Shown: positions 17,628-27,158 of the stretch, one piece after another | Numbering within the stretch: the stretch's first letter is position 1 | Layout of the letters: each line of letters begins with the position of its first letter | DNA from: Myxococcota bacterium | GTDB taxonomy: Bacteria; Myxococcota; Myxococcia; Myxococcales; Myxococcaceae | DNA length: 64,000 nt | Assembly: GCA_049322255.1 (NCBI GenBank) | Contig: JBMORE010000054.1 | Span: 1 to 64,000 of the forward strand | Direction: 5' to 3' | Notes under the pieces: model-generated | Databases searched by the model: none | Seen by the model: the letters and a program-made list of their open reading frames with translations, nothing else | Told to the model about the DNA's origin: nothing | Made by a program: the position numbers and the translations under genes

Positions 17628-18829
17628 ACATGCTCCAAAAAGAGCAACTCCGGGTTCTCCAGGTAGTGAATGAGCGCATAGGTGAAGTCGGCTCCCACCG
17701 CCCCGTCGATGGAGCGGTGATCGAAGGAGAGCGAGAGGTACATCATCTCGCGCACCATGATCTGACCGTTCTGGTCGACCACCGGGCGCTTGCGCATCTT
17801 GTGCACCCCCAGCACCGCCACCTCCGGATGGTTGATGATCGGCGTGGCGAACAGGCCCGCCTTCTGACCGAGCGAGGTGATGGTGAAGGTGCCACCGGAC
17901 AGCTCCTCCAGCTTCAGGCGCTTGTCGCGGGCCGCGTTGCCCAAGCGGGAAATCTCGTGGGCCAGCTCGCGTAAAGAGAGCCGGTCGGCGTGTTTGAGCA
18001 CCGGCACCACGAGCCCCTCGGGGGTGGCAGCGGCAATGCCGAAGTTATATTCGCCGCGGACGATCAGCTCCTGCGCGGCCTCGTCGAAGTTGGCGTTGAG
18101 GTGGGGAAACTGGCGCAGCGCCTCCACCAGCGCTTTGCAGACGAAAGGGAGGAAGGAGAGCCTGAGCGAATCGCCCCGCTGGGCCAGCGCCTCGTTCAGC
18201 CGCGCTCGCATGTTCGCCAGCGCCGTCGCGTCCATCTCCTCGACGAAGGTGAAATGAGGCGCGGTGAACTTCGAGCGCACCATGTTCTCGGCGATTTTTC
18301 GCCGCAGGCCCTTGAGCGGAATGCGCTGGTCGGCCGTCGTGGTGACGAGCTTGGGTGGCTGCGGCTTGGCCATCGCCGGCTTGGCTGCGGCCAAAGCTCC
18401 GCCGCCGATCGCCGCCTCGACGTCGGCCTTGGTCACCCGGCCCTGCGGCCCGGAGCCGGAAATCGATTCCAAGCTGAGCCCGTGCTCGCGCGCCATGCGG
18501 CGGGTGACGGGGGTAGCCAAGATTTTGGCGGTCGCGCTGCCGTTCGAAGCGGCGCGCGGCGTGGGGGCAGTGCGCGGCACCCCGGCGCCATCGACCTCCA
18601 GCGTCACCAGCGTGCCATGCACTTTGGCTATCTCCCCTTCCCCGCCGTGGGTCTTGAGGACGATGCCCTTCTTCGGGCTGGGGATGGTCACCGTCGCCTT
18701 GTCGGTCATCACCTCGACCAACGGCTGGTCTTCGGCGATGGCGTCGCCTTCCTTCACCAGCCACTTGACGATTTCGCCCTCCACCACGCCCTCGCCGATG
18801 TCCGGCAGCTTGAACTCGTAGGTTGCCAT
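17624..18829 (-). CDS. 2-oxoacid dehydrogenase E2 dihydrolipoamide acyltransferase
   Basis: Lipoyl domain LPDIGEG..TDKA, E3-binding ATPVTRRMARE..GSGPQGRVTK, catalytic DHRSIDGA. Confidence 0.95.
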   Translation of the reverse strand: MATYEFKLPDIGEGVVEGEIVKWLVKEGDAIAEDQPLVEVMTDKATVTIPSPKKGIVLKTHGGEGEIAKVHGTLVTLEVDGAGVPRTAPTPRAASNGSATAKILATPVTRRMAREHGLSLESISGSGPQGRVTKADVEAAIGGGALAAAKPAMAKPQPPKLVTTTADQRIPLKGLRRKIAENMVRSKFTAPHFTFVEEMDATALANMRARLNEALAQRGDSLRLSFLPFVCKALVEALRQFPHLNANFDEAAQELIVRGEYNFGIAAATPEGLVVPVLKHADRLSLRELAHEISRLGNAARDKRLKLEELSGGTFTITSLGQKAGLFATPIINHPEVAVLGVHKMRKRPVVDQNGQIMVREMMYLSLSFDHRSIDGAVGADFTYALIHYLENPELLFLEHV

Positions 18830-18838
18830 CGAAAGCTC

Positions 18839-19819
18839 CTATGCCACGAACTGCGCGGTCTGTTCGATACCAGCGAGGATGCGGCCGGCCAGCGGCAGAT
18901 ACTCGCTCTCGAGCGTGTAAGGAAAGGGCGTGTCCCAGCCGGTGACACGCTTCACCGGTGCTTCGAGGTGAACGAAGCAGCGCTCGTGGATGAGCGAGGA
19001 GATTTCCGCTCCCAGGCCGCAGGTGCGCGCTGCTTCGTGAACGACCACCACCCTCCCCGTCTTGCGCGCGCTGGTGACGATGCACTCGAGGTCGAGCGGC
19101 CACAGCGTGCGTAGGTCGATGAGCTCGCAAAAGACTCCCTGGCGCGCCGCCCGCTCCACCGCCTCGGCCGCCTCGTGCACCATCGCGCCATAGGAGATGA
19201 CCGTCACCGCCTCGCCCTCGCGCACCACCGCCGCCTTCCCCAAAGGAACCTCGTAGTCGCCCTCGGGGACCTCTCCTTTCGCCGCGCGGTAGATGCGCTT
19301 GGGCTCGAAGAAGAGCACCGGGTCAGGGTGGCGCAGCGCCGACAAGAGCAGCCCCTTGGCGTCGTACGGGTTCGAGGGCGCCACCACCGTCAGGCCGGCG
19401 GTGTGAATGAAGAGGGACTCGGGGCTCTGCGAGTGGTAGTGGCCGCCCTTGATGCCCCCGCCGAAAGGGGTGCGGATGACCATCGGCGCGGCGTACTGGC
19501 CTCCCGAGCGATAGCGCAGCTTGGCCAGCTCGTTCACGATCTGATCGAACGCCGGGAAGATGAAGTCGGAGAACTGAATCTCCGGCACCGGGCGCAGGCC
19601 GTACATCGCCATGCCGATCGCCGCGCCGATGATGCCGCCCTCGGCCAGCGGGGTGTCGATGACCCGATCGGGGCCGAACTCTTCGTAGAGCCCGGCGGTG
19701 GCGCGAAAGACGCCGCCGAACTTCCCCACGTCTTCGCCTAAGACCACCACGTTGGCGTCGCGGCGCATCTCGATGCGCAAGGCGTCGTTGACCGCCTGGA
19801 GGAGATTGAGGGTGGGCAT
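18839..19819 (-). CDS. 2-oxoacid dehydrogenase E1 beta subunit
   Basis: LGEDVGKFGGVFRAT, DTPLAE, EIQFSDF, HSQSPE, DLRTL.PLD. Confidence 0.95.
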   Translation of the reverse strand: MPTLNLLQAVNDALRIEMRRDANVVVLGEDVGKFGGVFRATAGLYEEFGPDRVIDTPLAEGGIIGAAIGMAMYGLRPVPEIQFSDFIFPAFDQIVNELAKLRYRSGGQYAAPMVIRTPFGGGIKGGHYHSQSPESLFIHTAGLTVVAPSNPYDAKGLLLSALRHPDPVLFFEPKRIYRAAKGEVPEGDYEVPLGKAAVVREGEAVTVISYGAMVHEAAEAVERAARQGVFCELIDLRTLWPLDLECIVTSARKTGRVVVVHEAARTCGLGAEISSLIHERCFVHLEAPVKRVTGWDTPFPYTLESEYLPLAGRILAGIEQTAQFVA

Positions 19820-19825
19820 TTTATG

Positions 19826-20770
19826 CTAGCGCCCCTCACCCTGGCCCTCTCCCAGAGGGAGAGGGGTTTTCAGCATGAGCCCCTTGATGAAGAATTCGGC
19901 CGCGCGGTAGCTTGAGCGCACCAGCGGCCCCGAGGCGACGTAGAGAAACCCCAGGCTCTCCGCCAGCTGTTTGTACTGCTCGAATTGGGCGGGGGTGACG
20001 AAGCGCTCGACCGGGAGGTGGTACGCAGAGGGCTGCAGGTACTGGCCGAGTGTCAAAACGTCCACTCCCACGGCGCGCAAATCGCGCAGGGTCTGGGCCA
20101 GCTCCTCGTCGGTCTCGCCCAGCCCGAGCATGATCGAGCTTTTGGTGTACAGGCCCTCCGGCCGGCCCTTGAGGTACTCGAGCACCCGTAGGCTCTGCCG
20201 ATAACCCGCGCGGCGATCACGCACCGTACGGGTGAGGCGCTCCACCGTTTCCACGTTGTGCGCCACCACATGGGGACGGGCGAGGGCGACGGTGGCGAGG
20301 TCCTTCTCCACGCCCTGAAAATCGGGAATGAGCACCTCGACGATCGTCCCCGGGCTTTCCCGCTGGAGCGCGCGGATAGCGGCGGCGAAGTGGCTTGCGC
20401 CGCCGTCGGGTAGCTCGTCGCGGTTGACCGAGGTGACCACGATGTACTCCAGCGCCAGCTCCTTCACTGCCAAGGCGAGGTTCTCCGGCTCCATCGGATC
20501 GAGCGGCGGTGGCGCGCCCACTTTCACGTGGCAGAAGCGGCAGGCGCGGGTACACACCTCTCCCATCAACATCACCGTGGCGGTGCCGCCCCCCCAGCAC
20601 TCGGCGATGTTGGGGCAGCGCGCCTCTTCGCAGACAGTGGCGAGCCGAGTGCGGGCGACGATCGCCTTCACCCGCTCGTAGCCTTCGCCGTGGGGCAACC
20701 GAACCTTCAGCCACTCGGGCTTTCGGGTGGTCTTTCCTTGCGGCAGCGGAAAGCGGTCGGGCGTCGCCAT
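19826..20770 (-). CDS. lipA: Lipoyl synthase
   Basis: CEEARCPNIAEC, radical-SAM CTRACRFC, HNVETV, GQYLQPS, VRSSY. Confidence 0.96.
   Translation of the reverse strand: MATPDRFPLPQGKTTRKPEWLKVRLPHGEGYERVKAIVARTRLATVCEEARCPNIAECWGGGTATVMLMGEVCTRACRFCHVKVGAPPPLDPMEPENLALAVKELALEYIVVTSVNRDELPDGGASHFAAAIRALQRESPGTIVEVLIPDFQGVEKDLATVALARPHVVAHNVETVERLTRTVRDRRAGYRQSLRVLEYLKGRPEGLYTKSSIMLGLGETDEELAQTLRDLRAVGVDVLTLGQYLQPSAYHLPVERFVTPAQFEQYKQLAESLGFLYVASGPLVRSSYRAAEFFIKGLMLKTPLPLGEGQGEGR
19832..19866 (+). repeat. Palindromic repeat copy 7 (forms LipA C-terminus)
   Basis: cccctcaccctggccctctcccagagggagagggg; minus-strand read PLPLGEGQGEG. Confidence 0.9.
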
Positions 20771-20821
20771 GGGCCTTGGGCGATGTAAATGCTGACAACC
20801 CTTGGGTCAAGTCCGGCTCGT
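20653..20821. repeat. Direct repeat copy A (lipA codons 1-39 + upstream region)
   Basis: Identical to 22076-22244 except one mismatch (20800 c / 22223 a); weaker similarity continues to ~20844. Confidence 0.95.
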
Positions 20822-20906
20822 CCCCACCTTTGGACCATGACGACGCGCGCCAGTTTGGCCGATGCACCTGTAGATGCAGCGGCCCCATCCGGCTATCTTT
20901 GGAGCA

Positions 20907-21140
20907 ATGGGACACGAACGCATCACCGTCGACCCAAACGTCTGCCAGGGCCAACCCACACTTCGGGGCATGCGGTACACGGTGGCGTTCATCCTCAAGC
21001 TGATCGCTGCCGGCTACACTCCGGCAGAAATCGTCTCGCTCTATCCTGAGCTCGAGCTCGAGGACGTGAGGCAGGCGGCCGCTTATGGTGCGTGGCTTGC
21101 CACCGAGCAGACGTTGCCGCTGCCTTCGGACGGCCCGTGA
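20907..21140 (+). CDS. DUF433 family antitoxin
   Basis: MGHERITVDPNVCQGQPTLRGMR..I...YPELELEDVRQAAAY; GTGA overlap with next gene. Confidence 0.9.
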   Translation: MGHERITVDPNVCQGQPTLRGMRYTVAFILKLIAAGYTPAEIVSLYPELELEDVRQAAAYGAWLATEQTLPLPSDGP

Positions 21141-21514
21141 AGCTTCTGTGCGACCTGCACATCTCCCCCATCACCGTAGAGGAGTTGCGCCGAGCGGGCC
21201 ATGACGTGCTGCGGGCGACTGACCGCCTAGCACCAACGGCCCCGGACGAGGCTCTGTTGGCTCTTGCACGTGCAGAGGAACGGATACTGGTCTCGCAGGA
21301 CCAGGACTTCGGAGCTCTCCTGGCCGCAAGCGGGGCAGCGAGGCCCTCGGTCATCAACCTCCGCATCCCGTTTCCAAGAATCGAGAGGATCAATGCTGCT
21401 TTGCGAGCAACGCTCACTCTCGCCGCAGAAGCGCTGACGCGTGGCGCCGTTGTGGTGGTCGAGGAGCGCAGAGTACGCATAAGGCGGCTGCCAATCGGTC
21501 GTGAGGCAGATTAG
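21137..21514 (+). CDS. DUF5615 family PIN-like toxin
   Basis: MKLLCDLHISP..LRRAGHDV..APDEALL.LA..EERILVSQDQDFG..VVVEERRVRIRRLP. Confidence 0.88.
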   Translation: MKLLCDLHISPITVEELRRAGHDVLRATDRLAPTAPDEALLALARAEERILVSQDQDFGALLAASGAARPSVINLRIPFPRIERINAALRATLTLAAEALTRGAVVVVEERRVRIRRLPIGREAD

Positions 21515-21530
21515 GAGCTGGGCGCCGCAA

Positions 21531-22193
21531 TCAGGTCCTAAGCCGGGACCGGGCGACTCCCGCCAGCTGGCTTGCGAGAGCGATGGTCGTCAGCCAGAAG
21601 ACGCCGTCGACAAGTAAGGGGAGGAGCGTCACGGTCCCGTCGAGCGGGTTGGGGGTCCATGGTACGCATCGAAAAAGCGCAAATGCCGGCAGGCCCGCGC
21701 GGTGCGCCCCCCAAACGCAGCCGTCTTCGGAATCGTTCAGGGTGCTTCCGGTAAAAAGCGTCAGCCAAGTCAGAATCAGCGCAGGCAACAGAGAGGCCCG
21801 CACCGCCTTCCACCAACATGGCCCTCGACGCCACAAGTGGATTCCCACCAGCAGGAAGGCAATCAACCCAAGCGACCATGGTTGAGATAACAGGTCGTGC
21901 CCTCGCACGAGCATGTCGCACGAGCCGGTCTCGCAGAACCAGCCAAGCGCGACATCGGGTGCTCCCTCTTGTGCAAACCGTTTTCCGGGCTCATCCCATG
22001 CCAGGTGCGGTACACCGAACATGAAGTGGAATGTCGCAATGGCAGCCAATGTGCCGATGGTCGCCAGCGTGGTGGGGGCGACGATCGCCTTCACCCGCTC
22101 GTAGCCTTCGCCGTGGGGCAACCGAACCTTCAGCCACTCGGGCTTTCGGGTGGTCTTTCCTTGCGGCAGCGGAAAGCGGTCGGGCGTCGCCAT
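21531..22193 (-). CDS. Chimeric ORF: LipA residues 1-39 fused in frame to an unrelated multi-TM membrane protein
   Basis: First 39 aa identical to LipA; remainder has ~4 hydrophobic segments and no recognised family. Confidence 0.5.
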   Translation of the reverse strand: MATPDRFPLPQGKTTRKPEWLKVRLPHGEGYERVKAIVAPTTLATIGTLAAIATFHFMFGVPHLAWDEPGKRFAQEGAPDVALGWFCETGSCDMLVRGHDLLSQPWSLGLIAFLLVGIHLWRRGPCWWKAVRASLLPALILTWLTLFTGSTLNDSEDGCVWGAHRAGLPAFALFRCVPWTPNPLDGTVTLLPLLVDGVFWLTTIALASQLAGVARSRLRT

Positions 22194-22244
22194 GGGCCTT
22201 GGGCGATGTAAATGCTGACAACACTTGGGTCAAGTCCGGCTCGT
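22076..22244. repeat. Direct repeat copy B (lipA 5' end + upstream region)
   Basis: Matches 20653-20821 at offset 1423. Confidence 0.95.
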
Positions 22245-22260
22245 TCCCATCTTGTGGAGC

Positions 22261-23019
22261 ATGGCGACCATCCATGTCGGCACCAGCGGCTACGCCTACC
22301 CGCATTGGCGGCGAATTCTCTACCCCGAACGGCTTCCCACGCGGCTATGGCTTGCGCGCTATGCGCAGGTCTTCTCCACCCTCGAGCTCAACACCACCTT
22401 CTACCGCCTGCCCACGGCCGAGACGGTCGACCACTGGCGCGCGGTAACGCCGCCGCGCTTTCTTTTCGCCGTGAAAGGCAGCCGCTTCCTCACCCACATG
22501 AAGCGTCTGACCGAGACCGGCACCGGGCTTGACCGCTTCTTTTCGTTGGTGCGGAGGCTGGGCAAGAAGCTCGGACCGGTGCTGTGGCAGCTGCCTCCGC
22601 AGATGAACCAGCCCGACCTGCCGCGGCTGGAGAACTTCCTTTCTCACCTTCCGCGCGACGTGCGGCACGTCTTCGAGTTTCGTCACCCCGTCTGGTACCT
22701 CGCCGACGTCGGCGAGCTCCTCGACTGTTACGGAGCGGCTTTCTGCGAGCACGACCTGGTGCAAGCGAGCCCCCCGTTCGTCACCGGAGGCTTTCGCTAC
22801 TTGCGCTTCCACGGCGCCACCGCCAAATACGCAGGTCGCTACCGGCGTCGCGCGCTTCGCCGGGTCGCCGAGAACCTGCACACCAGCCGGTGTGAGGCGT
22901 TCGTCTATTTCAATAACGACCTCTACGGCCACGCGGTGCGCGACGCCCTCGATTTGCTCAAGCTTCTGGGCGAGCACCCGTCCATGCGCGCAGAGGAGTT
23001 GGGTGCCAACAGCCCTTAG
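22261..23019 (+). CDS. DUF72 family protein
   Basis: IHVGTSGYAYPHW, ELNTTFYRLP, KLGPVLWQLPP, EFRH..W, YLRFHG, YFNND; GGAG before ATG 22261. Confidence 0.92.
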   Translation: MATIHVGTSGYAYPHWRRILYPERLPTRLWLARYAQVFSTLELNTTFYRLPTAETVDHWRAVTPPRFLFAVKGSRFLTHMKRLTETGTGLDRFFSLVRRLGKKLGPVLWQLPPQMNQPDLPRLENFLSHLPRDVRHVFEFRHPVWYLADVGELLDCYGAAFCEHDLVQASPPFVTGGFRYLRFHGATAKYAGRYRRRALRRVAENLHTSRCEAFVYFNNDLYGHAVRDALDLLKLLGEHPSMRAEELGANSP

Positions 23020-24413
23020 ATATGCAGCGGGTGCCCCAGCGTCGCCTCCGCGGCCTCCTTCATCACCTCGGAGAGGGTCGGGTGCGCGTGCATGGTACGG
23101 GCGAGCTCCTCGGTGGTCGTCTCCAGCCGTAAGCCCACGCACGCCTCGGCGAGCAGCTCGGTGGCGTGGGGGCCGACCAGGTGCACTCCTAGGACTTCGT
23201 CGTACTTCTTGTCGGAGACGATCTTCACCATCCCCAGCGCCTCGTCGGAGATGGCGGCCTTGGTGATCGCGCTGAAGGGGAAGACGCCGGTCTTCACTTC
23301 GTAGCCGCGCTCCTTGGCCTTCTTCTCGGTGAGCCCCACCGAGGCGACTTCTGGATAGCAGTAGGTGGCGCTGGGTACGCGGTCGTAGTTGATGGGCTGC
23401 GGGTCTTTCTGGGCGATGTGCTCGGCGGCAAGAATCCCCTCCGACGCCGCCACGTGGGCGAGCATTGGCGTGGGCACCACGTCGCCAATCGCGTACACGT
23501 TGGGCTCGCTGGTGCGCATGAAGGCGTCGGTCTTGATGAAGCCCTTCTCGGTCTTGATGTGGGTCTTCTCCAGCCCGATGTCCTCGGTCACCGGCGCGCG
23601 GCCCACGGCCACCAGCACCGTCTCCGCCTCGAGGGTCTTGGCCTCGCTCCCCACTTGGACGATGACCTTCACTCCCTTGGCGTTGGCGTCGACCTTCTCC
23701 ACTTTGGCGCCCAAAAGAAAATTGATCTTCCGCCGCTTGAAGAGGCGCTCCAACTCGGTGGAGGCCGCCTCGTCCTCGATCGGCAACAAGTGCGGCAGGT
23801 ACTCGACGAGGGTCGTCTCGCTGCCCACGTGATTGAACACCGAGGCGAATTCCACCCCCACCGCGCCGGCGCCGAGCACGATGAGGCTCTTGGGCACTTT
23901 GGGGATCTCGAGAATCGAGTCGGAGTTGAGCACCCGTTGGTGATCGATCTTCACCCCGGGGAGCGACTTGGGCACCGAGCCGGTGGCGATGATGAGGTTC
24001 TTTCCCTCCAGGGTCTGCTTCTTGCCGTCCTCGCCGGTGACCTCGACTTTGCCCTTCCCCAGAAGGCGCCCGTGCCCCTTCACCACCGTCACCTTGTTCT
24101 TCTTCATCAGGTATTCGACGCCGTTGGAGGCGCGGGTGACGATCTTCTCCTTGTGCTTGAGCGCCTGCGCCCAGTTGACCGCGGGGTCCTTGAGATCGAC
24201 GCCGAACTCGGCCGCGTGCACCACGTGCGAGTAGAGCTCGGCGGTCCAGAGGAAGGTCTTGGCGGGGATACAACCGCGCAAAGTGCAGGTGCCCCCCAGA
24301 CGCTTGTCCTTCTCCACCAGCGCTGTCTTGAGGCCCAGCTGCGCGCTCTTGATCGCCGCCACGTAGCCGCCCGGGCCCGAACCGATGATCACCACGTCGA
24401 ACGTCTCTGCCAC
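23016..24413 (-). CDS. lpdA: Dihydrolipoyl dehydrogenase (E3)
   Basis: GSGPGGY, LGGTCTLRGCIP, IATGS, GAGAVG, HAHPTLSE. Confidence 0.96.
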   Translation of the reverse strand: MAETFDVVIIGSGPGGYVAAIKSAQLGLKTALVEKDKRLGGTCTLRGCIPAKTFLWTAELYSHVVHAAEFGVDLKDPAVNWAQALKHKEKIVTRASNGVEYLMKKNKVTVVKGHGRLLGKGKVEVTGEDGKKQTLEGKNLIIATGSVPKSLPGVKIDHQRVLNSDSILEIPKVPKSLIVLGAGAVGVEFASVFNHVGSETTLVEYLPHLLPIEDEAASTELERLFKRRKINFLLGAKVEKVDANAKGVKVIVQVGSEAKTLEAETVLVAVGRAPVTEDIGLEKTHIKTEKGFIKTDAFMRTSEPNVYAIGDVVPTPMLAHVAASEGILAAEHIAQKDPQPINYDRVPSATYCYPEVASVGLTEKKAKERGYEVKTGVFPFSAITKAAISDEALGMVKIVSDKKYDEVLGVHLVGPHATELLAEACVGLRLETTTEELARTMHAHPTLSEVMKEAAEATLGHPLHI

Positions 24414-24489
24414 GAGTCCTCCCAGCGCTGTCGACTCCCCGGCGCGCTGATAGCACCCCCCCTCCGCGGATCAAGGCAATTGCTGTACG

Positions 24490-25596
24490 GTGCCGCTCGT
24501 GAACGTCCTGGTCATCGGCGGGGGGGTGATGGGCCAAAGCATCGCCCTGCGCCTGGCGAAGGAAGGCGCCTCGGTGACGGTGCTCGAGCGCTCCACCCCC
24601 GGCGCCGAGGCGTCGAGCGCGGCGGCGGGCATGCTCGCGCCACAACTGGAGGCACACACGCCAGGACCCTTTCTCGACTTGTGCCTTCAAAGCCGCGCCC
24701 TGTACGAGGCCTTCGTCGACGAGGTGAAGGAGCTCTCCGGCCTCGACGTCGGCTACCTCCGGTGCGGGGTGCTCAAGGTCGCCTTCACCGAGGCCGACGC
24801 GCAAAGGCTCCATGCGGTGGTGGGCTGGCAAAAAAGCATCGGCCTGCGCGCCGAGCTGATCGACGGTACCGACGCACGAACGTTCGAGCCCACGCTTTCG
24901 CCCCACGTCCTGTGCGCCGCGCACTTCCCCGATGACCACCAGGTGGACAACCGCCTCCTGTTGCGCGCGCTCTGGGTGGCCGCGACCCGCGCTGGAGCAA
25001 GTTTCCGCTACGGCAACGTGCGCGCGCTCGTCGTCGAAGGTGAGCGCGCCGTGGGAGTCGACTTGGACGGCGAGGTGCTACCGGCCGACGCGGTGGTGCT
25101 CACCGCCGGCGCGTGGTCGGGCCTGGTGTTGGGCGCGCGCCTCGACCCGCGGGTCGTACGCCCATCGCGCGGGCAGATGGTGCAGCTTCAGCCGCGCCCT
25201 CCGTGGCCTGGGCGCATCGTCTGCGGCCCCCAGGGCTACCTCGTCCCCCGGGCAGACGGCCGCCTCCTCGCCGGGAGCACCGTGGAGCTCGTGGGTTACC
25301 AAAAGCACGTCACCGTCGAAGGGCTCTCCCGCATCCTCGCCAATGCGCTCGAGCTGTGCCCCTCCCTCTCTTCGGCACCGGTGCAGGAGGTGTGGGCTGG
25401 CCTGCGCCCCGACACCGAAGATCACCTGCCCATCCTTGGGGAGGGGCCCGTTCGGCAGCTCTTTTTGTCCACCGGCCACTACCGCAACGGCATTCTGCTC
25501 GCCCCTGTGAGCGCCCAGCTGGTGTCGGAGCTCCTCCTCGGCCGCCCCCCTTCGGTCGACCTGCGCCCGTTCCGGCACGACCGCTTCACTGCCTGA
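24490..25596 (+). CDS. thiO: Glycine oxidase ThiO / DAO-family FAD oxidoreductase
   Basis: IGGGVMG, ASSAAAGML, YLVPR.DG, WAGLRP, GHYRNGILLAP. Confidence 0.8.
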   Translation: MPLVNVLVIGGGVMGQSIALRLAKEGASVTVLERSTPGAEASSAAAGMLAPQLEAHTPGPFLDLCLQSRALYEAFVDEVKELSGLDVGYLRCGVLKVAFTEADAQRLHAVVGWQKSIGLRAELIDGTDARTFEPTLSPHVLCAAHFPDDHQVDNRLLLRALWVAATRAGASFRYGNVRALVVEGERAVGVDLDGEVLPADAVVLTAGAWSGLVLGARLDPRVVRPSRGQMVQLQPRPPWPGRIVCGPQGYLVPRADGRLLAGSTVELVGYQKHVTVEGLSRILANALELCPSLSSAPVQEVWAGLRPDTEDHLPILGEGPVRQLFLSTGHYRNGILLAPVSAQLVSELLLGRPPSVDLRPFRHDRFTA

Positions 25597-25701
25597 CGAG
25601 ACTTGCCTCCTGTAGGGCTCGACATTCGCCGAACGGGCTGATGTGCTCCCCTCTCCTACCTATTGGCGCCCAGCGCTGGGCTGACCGTACAATCGCCGAC
25701 C

Positions 25702-26838
25702 GTGGAAGCTTTCCCTCCCACCCCTCCACGAATCCTGCTCGTCGACGACGACGAGTCGGTGCGTGACGTCATCTCGGTACTCCTCAAAGAGGAGGGGTAC
25801 GATTGCGTGTGCGCCGCCGGCGCCGAGATGGCGATCGACCTGGCGGCAGCGAACGAAACGCCGCTGGTGATCAGCGACATGAAGATGCCCGGCCACGACG
25901 GCTTGTGGCTCTTGGAGGCCTTCCGCGAACGCTACCCCGACACCGCGGTCATCATGCTCACCGGTTATGGCGACACCGAGGCCGCCGTCGACTGCCTGCG
26001 CCGCGGCGCGGTGGACTATCTGCTCAAGCCGCCCAAGCTGACCGACCTCGTCCGGGCGATCGAGCGGGCGCTTGCCAAGCGGCGCATCGAGCTGGCACGC
26101 AAGCGCTACCAGAAGAAGCTGGAACGCAAGGTGCGCGACCGAACCACCGAGCTGCGCAACGCACTCAAGAACATCGCCACCACCTACCACAACACCTTGC
26201 TCGCGCTGGTGGCCGCTCTCGACGCGCGCGAGCACGAGACGAGCGACCACTCCCAGCGGGTGGTGCAGTACACCACCGCCATCGCGCAGCGCATGGGAAT
26301 CAAGGGCCAGGAGCTGGAGGAGATCGGCCGCGGCGCTCTGCTCCACGACATCGGGAAGATCGGCGTGCCCGACGCGGTATTGCTCAAGCCGGGCAAGCTC
26401 ACCCCCGAGGAGTGGCTGGAGATGCGCAAGCACCCGGACATCGGACATCAGATGATTCAGCCCATCCCCTTTCTCTCCACGCCCGCCCAAATCGTCCTCT
26501 CGCACCAAGAGCGCTGGGACGGCCAGGGTTACCCCCGCAACCTGGTGCGCGGCGAGATTCACATCGGAGCGCGCATCTTCGCGATCGCCGACACGCTCGA
26601 CGCGATGACCACCGACCGGCCCTACCGCCGGGGCACCTCCTTCGCCAACGCCATCTCGGAGATCCAGCGCTGCGCCGGCTCGCAGTTCGACCCGGAGGTG
26701 GTGAAGGCCTTCAACGACATCGGCGAGGAGGGGCTGCGGAAAATTCGCGACGAGATGATGGGGGTGAAGAAGGGGCTCGGAGAAGGCAACGGGCCGCCTT
26801 CGAACGGCACCTCCCTGGAGGGCCCGTCCGAGCCGTGA
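25702..26838 (+). CDS. Response regulator with HD-GYP phosphodiesterase domain
   Basis: ILLVDDD..SDMKMPG..DG..LTG..KP receiver; HSQRV, LHDIGK, HQERWDGQGYP, DAMTTDRPYR; upstream TTG at 25663 possible. Confidence 0.92.
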   Translation: MEAFPPTPPRILLVDDDESVRDVISVLLKEEGYDCVCAAGAEMAIDLAAANETPLVISDMKMPGHDGLWLLEAFRERYPDTAVIMLTGYGDTEAAVDCLRRGAVDYLLKPPKLTDLVRAIERALAKRRIELARKRYQKKLERKVRDRTTELRNALKNIATTYHNTLLALVAALDAREHETSDHSQRVVQYTTAIAQRMGIKGQELEEIGRGALLHDIGKIGVPDAVLLKPGKLTPEEWLEMRKHPDIGHQMIQPIPFLSTPAQIVLSHQERWDGQGYPRNLVRGEIHIGARIFAIADTLDAMTTDRPYRRGTSFANAISEIQRCAGSQFDPEVVKAFNDIGEEGLRKIRDEMMGVKKGLGEGNGPPSNGTSLEGPSEP

Positions 26839-27158
26839 TTCAGCTCACCGCCGCGGCCGCCGCGCAGATTCGCGGCGCGCTCGCCTCCAAAGGCATTGAC
26901 GGTTATGGCTTGCGTGTCCAGGTCGTGGGGGGCGGCTGCGAGGGCTTTCTCTATGACCTGCTCTACAGCGACTTTCCCGACCCCGAGGACCAGGTGTTCG
27001 AGTCGCACGGCGTGAGACTCTTCGTCGACCCCAAGGCGCTCCGGGTGGTGGGTGGGCTGACCATCGATCACGCCAAGACACCCCACGGCACCGGATTTAT
27101 CTTCACTCACCCGAGCGCCAAGCGCCGTTGCGAGTGCGGGGCGAGCTTTTCGATCTGA
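26835..27158 (+). CDS. HesB/IscA family Fe-S cluster A-type carrier
   Basis: GTG start overlapping upstream TGA; LRVQVVGGGCEGFLY, CECGASF. Confidence 0.9.
   Translation: MIQLTAAAAAQIRGALASKGIDGYGLRVQVVGGGCEGFLYDLLYSDFPDPEDQVFESHGVRLFVDPKALRVVGGLTIDHAKTPHGTGFIFTHPSAKRRCECGASFSI

Noticed and set aside
20782..20810. Sigma70 promoter for lipA (TTGACC-17-TACATC on minus strand, duplicated in copy B)
   Set aside because: The -10 lacks the conserved final T; too weak to list as a feature
20653..22268. Second lipA gene or a prophage/IS at the duplicated site
   Set aside because: Only 39 codons are duplicated; no integrase, transposase or terminal inverted repeats were seen
25803..27158. 451-aa, 619-aa (27652) and 262-aa (60514-61302) ORFs as fusion proteins with HesB, TyrS and SCP2
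   Set aside because: The N-terminal extensions are off-frame overlaps of upstream genes; true starts are 26835, 28252 and 60840
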